This document shows positions 56,594-64,000 of a stretch of 64,000 nucleotides of DNA, in pieces. The notes beneath the pieces are model-generated. The model ran no database searches. It had not been told where the DNA came from and saw only the letters and a program-made list of their open reading frames with translations. Position numbers and translations under genes: made by a program. Position 1 is the stretch's first letter. The number at the start of each line of letters is the position of its first letter. This stretch comes from Patescibacteria group bacterium (GTDB taxonomy: Bacteria > Patescibacteriota > Minisyncoccia > Phycocordibacterales > JBBTRF01). Location: NCBI GenBank assembly GCA_038065315.1, contig JBBTRF010000001.1, positions 161,642 through 225,641 on the forward strand, read 5' to 3'.

Positions 56594-57976
56594 CTATCGC
56601 AAGCGCCCGCGTACCTTTCGGTGGTATTTAATCGCAAAACGATGCGCCTCGCTGTTGAGCAGCAAAATCTCCTTTGAGAACTTCTTTATCAAAAATTGAT
56701 GTCGTGGCGCGGCCAGGATCCGCTCTGGCTTGTGCTTGTCGTTCTTCACCACCGCCACCACCGCGATATCAAAGCCGGCTTCACGCAGCACTTTTTCTGC
56801 GGCACGCTTTTGTGCAGTTGAACCATCCACCACAATGAGATTTGGAAACGTCCATTCCGCATGCGTGAGGCGGCGCGACAAGATCTCCCGCAGCGAGGCG
56901 ATGTCGTCATTGCCACCCGGCACCTTCACTGCGCCTGCCGCTGTATGCGCCGGCGCCGCCTGCTTGATCTTGAACATTCGATAATCACTACGCTTCAGCT
57001 CCCGATCCTCCAGCACGGTCATCACGCCAACCGTATTTTTGCCAGACATGTGAGCAACATCATATGCCTCGATCCGAAACAAAGCCTCTTGTGCTTTCGG
57101 ACCACCGTGTGCGGTGACGGCCAAAGGTTCATCCTGGACGACTGGCGTATCCTGTTCCTTCACAAGCGCGATATCCTGAATATGATTCAACGCAAACAGT
57201 GTCCGCTTGATGCCGCCCGCCTCTTCAAACCGCCGCTCTTTCGCCAAGGCAAGCATTTCTCTTTCGAGTCGGCCAACGAGCAGCCCTTTCTTGCCTTCCA
57301 AAAACAATTTCAATCGAGCAATCGTCTTTTTGTATTCGATAGAAGAGATCTCGCCGGTACAGACGCCGGGGCAAAGACCAAGCTGTCGGTTGAAGCAGGG
57401 TCGACACGGAGTATTGTTGGTTACATTTGCGCACGGAAGGCATCGGTCACGAAATGGGAAAATTTTGCGAATGATTTTCAATCCCTCTCGGAGCACTGCA
57501 CCATTCGCATACGGACCGAAGACGGCTTCAAGCCCGATGCTCTTTTTTCCCGCGTTTTTTTCCACATCCTTGCTGCGCATAATGAGCACACGCGGAAACG
57601 CCTCGCGAGTGACGACAATGCAGTTGAAACTTTTATCCGACTTCTCCTTTGTGTTGTATCGCGGCTGATGCTGCTTGATGAGATTGGCTTCGAGCAGGAT
57701 GGCTTCAAGCACTGAATCGGTTTGCACAAAATCCACCTTGTCTGCATGAAAGACCATGTCCACGACGAGTGGGCCTCGGGTGTGGATAACGTCATCGTTA
57801 AAATAGCTGCGCACGCGGTCGCGAAGCGAGGTGGCACGGCCGATATAGAGGATTTCCGTCTCTTTTCCGGACTCATTTTGGCCATTTTTCAGGGTTTTGA
57901 CGGATTTTGGACCAACAAAAAAATAGACGCCCGGAGCATCTGGCAAGGCCTTCCACAGCTCTCCTTGACTGGTCAT
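56594..57976 (-). CDS. uvrC: Excinuclease ABC subunit C, short form
   Basis: GIY-YIG N-terminal domain (GVYFFVG...ILYIGRATSLRDRVRSYF); UvrBC-interaction region; 460 aa versus about 600, so probably lacks the C-terminal (HhH)2. Confidence 0.8.
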   Translation of the reverse strand: MTSQGELWKALPDAPGVYFFVGPKSVKTLKNGQNESGKETEILYIGRATSLRDRVRSYFNDDVIHTRGPLVVDMVFHADKVDFVQTDSVLEAILLEANLIKQHQPRYNTKEKSDKSFNCIVVTREAFPRVLIMRSKDVEKNAGKKSIGLEAVFGPYANGAVLREGLKIIRKIFPFRDRCLPCANVTNNTPCRPCFNRQLGLCPGVCTGEISSIEYKKTIARLKLFLEGKKGLLVGRLEREMLALAKERRFEEAGGIKRTLFALNHIQDIALVKEQDTPVVQDEPLAVTAHGGPKAQEALFRIEAYDVAHMSGKNTVGVMTVLEDRELKRSDYRMFKIKQAAPAHTAAGAVKVPGGNDDIASLREILSRRLTHAEWTFPNLIVVDGSTAQKRAAEKVLREAGFDIAVVAVVKNDKHKPERILAAPRHQFLIKKFSKEILLLNSEAHRFAIKYHRKVRGRLR

Positions 57977-58040
57977 GGCTTGTATAGTACTATATTAGGT
58001 AGCAAAAACAACCGCAACGTCTGTTTCCTCACCCGCACCC

Positions 58041-58271
58041 ATGAAAAACCTGCTCTTCGCCACATTGTGGCTCACCGTCGCCGTGGTCAGCTACGTGCTC
58101 GGCCAACCCATGATCACCCTCGCGATCGCCATCCTGGCCGCCACGGAAATCTGGGCCCAGTTCCGCACTCGTCGTGGCACTTCCTCGGCGCCCCGCCAGA
58201 GCACGATCTCCCAGGCTTTGGCTACCGGCACAACCGGCAGCCACCGGCACGACTGGTTTGCACTGCGCTGA
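58041..58271 (+). CDS. Small two-TM membrane protein, hypothetical
   Basis: 76-aa ORF followed by a strong terminator; in a 430-bp gap between uvrC and the desaturase. Confidence 0.3.
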   Translation: MKNLLFATLWLTVAVVSYVLGQPMITLAIAILAATEIWAQFRTRRGTSSAPRQSTISQALATGTTGSHRHDWFALR

Positions 58272-58295
58272 GCACTGCAACCCCCGCGCTCCGGC

Positions 58296-58337
58296 GCTTC
58301 CCTTCACCCCCGCACTCACACTGCGGGGCTTATTTTT
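58296..58337 (+). terminator. Rho-independent terminator (CCCCGCACTCACACTGCGGGG plus TTATTTTTT)
   Basis: 7-bp G/C stem plus T-run on the plus strand; the complementary strand also has a T-rich run after a GC hairpin, so it may be bidirectional with the desaturase gene. Confidence 0.5.
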
Positions 58338-58410
58338 TGCATAAAAAAGAAAACGCCACCGACCGGAGCCGGAGACGTCTTGAGTAATGCGGATAGGACA
58401 ATGTCGTCGA

Positions 58411-59424
58411 TCACAGCGACCGCTGCAACTTTCGATCGGCACTCGGAATTCCTTTTTTGCTGTCCCAAGCGAGTCCAGAGAGCTCCATCAGCCTGATGAA
58501 GACGTAGCTCGCGTCGAGCCAAGGATAGTCCATGCCATGCAGCGACGAGTTCGGGAAGCCGTGGTGGTAGTTGTGCCAACCCTCGCCAAGAGCGAGGAAA
58601 CCGATCAGCCAGCTATTCTGGGACCGATCGCTGGTATTCACCGCGCGACTACCCCATAAATGGCAGTAGCTATTCACCATCGAGGTGACATGCTGATGAA
58701 TGAACAATCGGATCGCACCACCCCACAAAAAGCCGAGCAGCGCCCCTTTCCACGTGCCCTCGTGCCAAAAGCCGAGGCCGGCGGGAATGAGGAGACCGAG
58801 CAGAATCCACAGGGCGATGTGTCGATCCACGAAGGACACGACCGGATCAGCCGTGAGGCGCTTGAAGGCAGCGTTCTGCGGGATCGGAAGCCCTTTCAAC
58901 ATCCAGCCGAATTGTGCGTGCCAAAAGCCCTTCCACAGATTGACGAAGGAGATCTTGGTCAGCTTCCCTTCTGGATCGAGGCAATATTTCCATGGGGAAT
59001 GCGGATCGCCATCTTCGTCGCTGTGCGCGTGATGATGTTGGTGTATCGAACACCAGGTGACAATCTGCCCTTGAGCAGCCATCGCACCGGTGATACCGCC
59101 AAAGTATTTCATAAAGCGCTGCACTTCAAACGAAGCGTGCGTGAAATAGCGGTGATACCAGACAGTGGTGCCGAGACCGGTCACCACGTAACAGCCGAGA
59201 AAGAGCCAAGCGTAGAACCAGTCGAAGCTGCCTTGCCAGACCTGAAAGGCGATAGCGCCGAGTAGACCGATGAATGGCGCCAACCAAAAGACGATAATCG
59301 TGGCTTTGTCGGCGCTTTTGTAGACGGGCGGAGTGGTCGAGATTTCAGTGTTCATAGGTGGAAAAGGGCAAAACCGGTGTCGATTATAGCACGCAGTTGA
59401 CGAAAATCCCGAAAGTTGTAGCAT
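58411..59424 (-). CDS. Membrane fatty-acid desaturase (delta-9 acyl-CoA/acyl-lipid desaturase family)
   Basis: Three His boxes: HRYFTH, HQHHHAHSD, HNYHHGF; TM helices. Confidence 0.85.
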   Translation of the reverse strand: MLQLSGFSSTACYNRHRFCPFPPMNTEISTTPPVYKSADKATIIVFWLAPFIGLLGAIAFQVWQGSFDWFYAWLFLGCYVVTGLGTTVWYHRYFTHASFEVQRFMKYFGGITGAMAAQGQIVTWCSIHQHHHAHSDEDGDPHSPWKYCLDPEGKLTKISFVNLWKGFWHAQFGWMLKGLPIPQNAAFKRLTADPVVSFVDRHIALWILLGLLIPAGLGFWHEGTWKGALLGFLWGGAIRLFIHQHVTSMVNSYCHLWGSRAVNTSDRSQNSWLIGFLALGEGWHNYHHGFPNSSLHGMDYPWLDASYVFIRLMELSGLAWDSKKGIPSADRKLQRSL

Positions 59425-59462
59425 TATCAGCAGTCGGTCAACCCTTAACCTTGGAGGTTCAA

Positions 59463-59774
59463 ATGAAGTTCATTAAATCGGCCAGTGCGCCCCTTCGTCA
59501 CCTGTGGAATGGAGTCGAGGTCTTCGGTGGCCTCGTAATCTGGTTGGTAATCGTGGCCGTGGTGAGCGCAATTTTCTCCTGCGTCATCGGCGGCCTTACC
59601 GCCATCGCAATGCTCTTCCTGCCCCACCTCTTGTCGGGCACGACCGTGCTGATCGTCGCCAAGTGGACATTCGGCATCGTCGCGGTCGTCTGCGCAATCG
59701 TCACCGCATACCTCGATTGGATCAGTGAGGACATGGAGAGACCAGAAGAACGCTTGGAGGGTGGCTTTCTGTGA
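59463..59774 (+). CDS. Small membrane protein, hypothetical
   Basis: GGAGG Shine-Dalgarno 8 nt upstream of the ATG at 59463; three TM helices; convergent with uvrA, with a hairpin plus T-run at about 59800-59840. Confidence 0.45.
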   Translation: MKFIKSASAPLRHLWNGVEVFGGLVIWLVIVAVVSAIFSCVIGGLTAIAMLFLPHLLSGTTVLIVAKWTFGIVAVVCAIVTAYLDWISEDMERPEERLEGGFL

Positions 59775-59879
59775 CGCATCGGATCAACTCTAGTTCTGGA
59801 ACACCCAGTCGGCACTCGTCCTCGACGACTGCCGTTTTTTATTTTCTCCGCGTCGCGTATTCGCGCCGTTCGCGCACTC

Positions 59880-62657
59880 TTACTTATTCAACATCTTCTT
59901 CAAATACTTGCCTGTGTACGACTTCGCGTTATTCGCCACTTCTTCGGGAGTACCTTTGGCGACAAGCTTGCCGCCGCCAGAGCCGCCTTCAGGGCCGATG
60001 TCGATGACGTAGTCGGAAGATTTAATAATATCGAGATTGTGTTCGATGACCATGACGGTGTTCCCTTTCACGACGAGCTTCTGAAGAATCTCGATGAGCT
60101 TCTTCACATCTTCGTAGTGCAGACCGATGGACGGTTCGTCGAGCAAGTAAATAGTCTTCTGCATGTGCGGACGATAGAGCTCGGAAGAAATCTTCACGCG
60201 CTGCGCTTCACCGCCGGAAAGAGTGGTGGCCGATTGACCGAGCTGGAGATATCCGAGCCCCACTTCTTGCAACGTTTCGAGACGATCCGCGATCGAAGGG
60301 ATGTCGTGAAAAAACTCTAGAGCCTCGTCGATAGTCATAGTGAGCACGTCGTAGATCGACTTCTTTTTGTATTTGACCTCGAGGGTTTCTTTCATGAAAC
60401 GCTTGCCGTTGCAGACATCGCAGGGGACGTAGACGGTCGGGAGGAAGTGCATTTCCACGGCGATTTCGCCGTTGCCCTGACAGACTTCGCAGCGACCGCC
60501 CTTCACGTTGAAAGAAAAACGGTTGGCTTTCCAGCCGCGAGCACGGGCTTCCGTGCTCGCGGCGAAAAGGTCGCGGATGAAAGTGAAGGCGCCGGTGTAC
60601 GTCGCAGGATTCGAACGCGGGGTGCGACCGATTGGCGATTGGTCGATGAGAATGGTGCGGCCGATATATTCAGTGCCGGTGAAGGACGAGCAATTGTATG
60701 TTTCGTTGCTGCGGTACTTTCGCTCAAAACGCGCCTGGAGATTTTTGTGGATGACCTCATACATGAGTGACGACTTTCCGGAACCCGACACGCCAGTCAC
60801 CGTCACCAATCGGCTGAGTGGCACATCCACGTCCATACCTTTGATATTGAAAATGTTCGCATTGCGGATCTTCAGCATGCCCTTGTCCTGGGTACGCCGT
60901 TCTTCAGGAATCTCAATCGCCACGTCGCCACGGAGATAATCGAGGGTCACCGAGCCGCTCGTATTTTTCTTCGCAGTGAGAAGCTCGTCGAGATATCCCG
61001 ACACCACGACTTCGCCGCCATGCACGCCAGCCTTTGGCCCGATGTCCACAATGTAATCGGAGGAATAAATCGTGTCTTCGTCATGCTCCACCACGATGAT
61101 AGTGTTGCCGATATCGCGCAGATGGAGCAGGGTTTTGATGAGGCGATCGTTGTCACGTGAATGCAAACCAATGGTCGGCTCGTCGAGCACGTACATAGCG
61201 CCGACCAGACCGGAACCCAGCTGCGACGCGAGACGAATACGCTGCGCCTCACCACCAGACAGCGTATGGGCGCGTCGGTCGAGCGAAAGATATTCGATAC
61301 CCACGTTGATCATAAATTGCAGACGCGCGTCGATCTCCTTCACGATCACTTTGCAAATGCTTTTTTCATTTGCCGTGAGAGTCTTGGTGAATCGTCTGAA
61401 AAAGAGGTCGCAATCGGTGATCGACATTGCGACGATATCGACGATGTTTTTGCCACCGTGTCGCACGCCATTTTTGTCGAGTTCCCCGCCGAGCAAAATA
61501 TGCAAAGCCTCTTCGCGCAGACGCGCGCCGTTGCACTTGGTACAGGTCTCTTCACCGAAAAATTCCTTGGTGCCGAGGCCGTTACATTCCGGACACGCGC
61601 CATATGGCGAGTTGAAAGAAAACATGCGTGGCTCGATCTCGGGATATGAGAAGCCGTCGTATGGACAGAGGAATTTCGCCGAGATGAGGCGCTCTTCGAT
61701 ACCGTCCTGGAGGATAACAGTGCCCGATGGTCCACGCTCACCTGCCTTCGCCTCAGGGTTTGGCAGCTCGATTTTAAGCAGGCCATTGGCTTCTGCAAGT
61801 GCACGCTCAACAGACTCTGAAAGGCGCTCGTGCCAGATCTCTTTCACCTCCCCCTTTTCAGTTTTGCCTGTTGATTTCCCAAATTCGCTCACGAAAAATT
61901 CGTCGACAAGGACGTCGATATCGTGCTTCTTGTTTTTATCGAGGACGATCTGCTCGCGGAGTTTTTTGACGACACCGTCGATCTTCACCTCGCTGTACCC
62001 TTTGCCGAGGAGATCGTAGAGCATCTGATAATATTCGCCCTTGCGACCGACGACGACGGGCGCGTAGATTTTCACTTTCAGATTATTCACGGCCACGCCC
62101 ATCACTTTTTTGGTCGCCTTGGAGAGGTCGACAGTCTCGACATGTTCGACGATGGTCTTCACGATCTCTTCATGCGATAGCTTTTTGATCTCACGGCTGC
62201 ATTCCGGGCAGTGCGGCTTGCCGATACGTGCGTACAAGATACGGAGATAGTCGTAGATTTCGGTGATAGTGGCCACGGTCGAGCGCGGATTGTTCGAGCG
62301 TGACTTTTGGTCAATAGAAATGGCTGGCGAAAGACCAACGATCTCGTCGACATCGGGCTTCTGCATGGTGTGGAGAAATTGACGGGCGTATGCGGAGAGC
62401 GACTCAACATAGCGGCGCTGTCCTTCGGCGAAAATAGTATCGAATGCGAGCGATGATTTTCCCGAGCCAGAGAGACCGGTAAAAACAACCATTTTGTTGC
62501 GTGGCATCTCTACCGTGATATTTTTCAGATTGTGAGTACGCGCGCCCTTCACGATGATCGCGAGATCACCGCGGGAAGTGGTTGGAGATGCCGGAAGCGG
62601 CACGTGAGTGAGGCCCTTGGCGCCTTTCCCTGCCTCAATTTTTTCGTCTTTTTTCAT
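59880..62657 (-). CDS. uvrA: Excinuclease ABC subunit A
   Basis: Two ABC modules ([27 protein letters not shown]), zinc fingers (CPECSRE...CxxC) and LSGGEAQR signatures. Start at the internal Met MKKDEKIE (ATG at 62657); the ORF track's extra 63 N-terminal residues look non-coding. Confidence 0.95.
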   Translation of the reverse strand: MKKDEKIEAGKGAKGLTHVPLPASPTTSRGDLAIIVKGARTHNLKNITVEMPRNKMVVFTGLSGSGKSSLAFDTIFAEGQRRYVESLSAYARQFLHTMQKPDVDEIVGLSPAISIDQKSRSNNPRSTVATITEIYDYLRILYARIGKPHCPECSREIKKLSHEEIVKTIVEHVETVDLSKATKKVMGVAVNNLKVKIYAPVVVGRKGEYYQMLYDLLGKGYSEVKIDGVVKKLREQIVLDKNKKHDIDVLVDEFFVSEFGKSTGKTEKGEVKEIWHERLSESVERALAEANGLLKIELPNPEAKAGERGPSGTVILQDGIEERLISAKFLCPYDGFSYPEIEPRMFSFNSPYGACPECNGLGTKEFFGEETCTKCNGARLREEALHILLGGELDKNGVRHGGKNIVDIVAMSITDCDLFFRRFTKTLTANEKSICKVIVKEIDARLQFMINVGIEYLSLDRRAHTLSGGEAQRIRLASQLGSGLVGAMYVLDEPTIGLHSRDNDRLIKTLLHLRDIGNTIIVVEHDEDTIYSSDYIVDIGPKAGVHGGEVVVSGYLDELLTAKKNTSGSVTLDYLRGDVAIEIPEERRTQDKGMLKIRNANIFNIKGMDVDVPLSRLVTVTGVSGSGKSSLMYEVIHKNLQARFERKYRSNETYNCSSFTGTEYIGRTILIDQSPIGRTPRSNPATYTGAFTFIRDLFAASTEARARGWKANRFSFNVKGGRCEVCQGNGEIAVEMHFLPTVYVPCDVCNGKRFMKETLEVKYKKKSIYDVLTMTIDEALEFFHDIPSIADRLETLQEVGLGYLQLGQSATTLSGGEAQRVKISSELYRPHMQKTIYLLDEPSIGLHYEDVKKLIEILQKLVVKGNTVMVIEHNLDIIKSSDYVIDIGPEGGSGGGKLVAKGTPEEVANNAKSYTGKYLKKMLNK

Positions 62658-62816
62658 ATAAACGTATGCGCCAATTGCCCCGTGGTCTGGCCATGGGGGT
62701 TGGTACGACCGCCACACTATATCACGCAGGCAGGCGCGGTGGCAAGAAATGTGAGAATAGGTGCGCAAAGAGAGCCCCAAAGAAGCGACGGCGAGGGTGG
62801 GTGGCGAAGCAAAAAA

Positions 62817-62887
62817 GAGTAGGGCGGATTTTTCATACTTTTTCATACATCTTCATACAAAGTATGAAAAATCCGCAGGTACTCGAA
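62817..62887. repeat. Palindromic intergenic element, copy 3 (GAGTAGGGCGGATTTTTCATACTTTTTCATACATCTTCATACAAAGTATGAAAAATCCGCAGGTACTC), upstream of uvrA
   Basis: Same arms as copies 1 and 2, with three TTCATAC units in the centre. Confidence 0.6.
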
Positions 62888-62945
62888 ATTGGCGGCGGAC
62901 ACCTCCCCTCAGCCTGCCTTCGGTCAATTCGGACACTGCCGACCC

Positions 62946-63266
62946 CTACTTGATCGCCCCTTCGGCGATGAGCAGCGCCACTTTCCTTTCGTGGCCGCGG
63001 TTGTAGTGGCCGAGCTTGCGGGCGATCACTTTCGAATCAGCGGAAACGAGTTTGTTGGTGCCCAGCACAAATGCCGAGCTCGGCACGACACGATGACACG
63101 GAATTGCCGGATCATAATTGCGCTTCATGATGCTGCCGACAGCGCGAGCGGCATTCGGCTTCCCCGCCTTGCGCGCGACCATTTGATACGAGAGGATCCG
63201 ACCCTTTGGGATGGCTCGAACGACTTTTAAAACTTTTTTGCTAAAACTAGAGACCATTTGCACCAC
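62946..63266 (-). CDS. Methylated-DNA-protein-cysteine methyltransferase-like (MGMT/Ogt DNA-binding domain) protein
   Basis: IPCHRVV matches the PCHRV active-site motif; 106 aa matches the standalone MGMT C-terminal domain. Confidence 0.7.
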   Translation of the reverse strand: MVQMVSSFSKKVLKVVRAIPKGRILSYQMVARKAGKPNAARAVGSIMKRNYDPAIPCHRVVPSSAFVLGTNKLVSADSKVIARKLGHYNRGHERKVALLIAEGAIK

Positions 63267-63987
63267 GAGTACTGATACCGAGAATCGAAGTCTTCACCAC
63301 ATTGGCAATTTTTCGAGCGTCCTCGATCGAAAGACCTTGGATAGTGATCCCCATCGGTGCAGTTTCTTGGCCTTTGGAATTCGCGATCACGACTTGAGTC
63401 GCATCGAGGATCGTCACGTTGGCAAGACCGAATATACGATTGATGATGCCCTGACTCACGCTCACATCCTGCACCGACGTATACGGCATGTGTCGTTCAT
63501 TCAGACTAAAGACGCCGTCCTTGTAGTAAATATAGTCTTCCAAAAAATCAAACCGATAATTGCCTTTCCAAATAGCCAACGTGATGAGACGCCAGATAGT
63601 GAGGACAACAAAAATGCCGATGCCGAGATACAGGTTCACCACGGTCAATTCCGTGTTCTTTCCGCCCCACCACAATCCGAAAATCACCGACATGAAGATG
63701 TTGCTGAGCACGATGCCGAGCATCGATACCCAATACCACTTGGTCGTGAGAGGATACTGCTCATTCGAGATCTTTTCCGAGAGAGTTAGTTTTTTCGTAG
63801 CCGGCTGAGCCGCTGCTGCCATAGTGCCGGTCTGCGCCGTAGCTGAAGATGTGCTGCCGACAGCACCGCCACGAATAGAATTGAGTAAGAATGTTTTTAG
63901 ACCTTCTGCTGCTGCTTTTTCTACACCATCAATATGTGCCTCAATACCAGAAGAGACAGTCGCACTTGCAATATGCACATCATACAA
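63247..63987 (-). CDS. Membrane protein with bacterial PH (bPH_2/YdbS-YdbT-like) domain
   Basis: Two TM helices, then FDFLEDYIYYKDGVFSLNERHMPYTSVQDVSVSQGIINRIFGLANVTI, characteristic of bPH_2. Confidence 0.55.
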   Translation of the reverse strand: MYDVHIASATVSSGIEAHIDGVEKAAAEGLKTFLLNSIRGGAVGSTSSATAQTGTMAAAAQPATKKLTLSEKISNEQYPLTTKWYWVSMLGIVLSNIFMSVIFGLWWGGKNTELTVVNLYLGIGIFVVLTIWRLITLAIWKGNYRFDFLEDYIYYKDGVFSLNERHMPYTSVQDVSVSQGIINRIFGLANVTILDATQVVIANSKGQETAPMGITIQGLSIEDARKIANVVKTSILGISTRGANGL

Positions 63988-64000
63988 ACCAATGAAACGA

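Noticed and set aside
61072-62019. 315-aa plus-strand ORF (and other plus ORFs) within uvrA
   Set aside because: Antisense shadows inside a full-length UvrA with intact ABC motifs.
1-64000. CRISPR arrays, rRNA genes, transposase or integrase genes
   Set aside because: Looked for short regularly spaced direct repeats, 16S/23S-like conserved stretches, DDE/tyrosine-recombinase-like ORFs and terminal inverted repeats. None found. The only dispersed repeat family is the three-copy palindromic element.

Overview
The window is a gene-dense, roughly 55% GC bacterial chromosome segment. From about 3.6 kb to 54 kb almost every gene is on the minus strand. Its overall look (small housekeeping proteins, AlaRS lacking the C-terminal domain, a short UvrC, a giant beta-helix surface protein, many small membrane hypotheticals) fits a small-genome Patescibacteria/CPR-like bacterium; this is an inference from gene content, not a measured placement. 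Recognisable core genes: dnaJ, dnaK, grpE, and a ribosomal/alpha operon (infA, rpmJ, rpsM, rpsK, rpsD, rpoA, rplQ, then rplM-rpsI). Also alaS, pepF, mnmA, mltG, leuS, ychF, zwf, a two-component pair with an ECF sigma/anti-sigma pair, trhO, gmk, ddl, uvrC, a delta-9-type desaturase, uvrA and an MGMT-like domain protein. The stand-out region is an AT-rich island (about 30-35% GC) at 49.6-55.6 kb built around a tRNA-Ala(UGC) gene. It carries a four-base-spaced AAA ATPase (Walker A/B, ABC-like) plus small TOPRIM/DUF4276-like protein pair, the architecture of AbiL/PARIS/OLD-type anti-phage modules. That pair is flanked by clusters of small membrane/secreted proteins and a cysteine-rich repeat secreted protein; this is the best candidate for an undescribed defence or accessory system. 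Other unusual items: a LeuRS carrying a roughly 170-aa NUDIX domain insertion with a textbook Nudix box; an ATP-cone fused to a PD-(D/E)xK (Mrr-like) nuclease domain; a translationally coupled aminotransferase/HAD phosphatase/TauD-like dioxygenase cassette facing an APH-like kinase and bracketed by two PlsC acyltransferases; a three-copy 60-70 bp palindromic intergenic element (GAGTA..CGGATTTTTCATAC..GTATGAAAAATCCG..TACTC), two copies of which flank the grpE/dnaK genes; and a 27-bp-arm inverted repeat downstream of rpsI. No CRISPR array, rRNA, transposase or integrase was seen.
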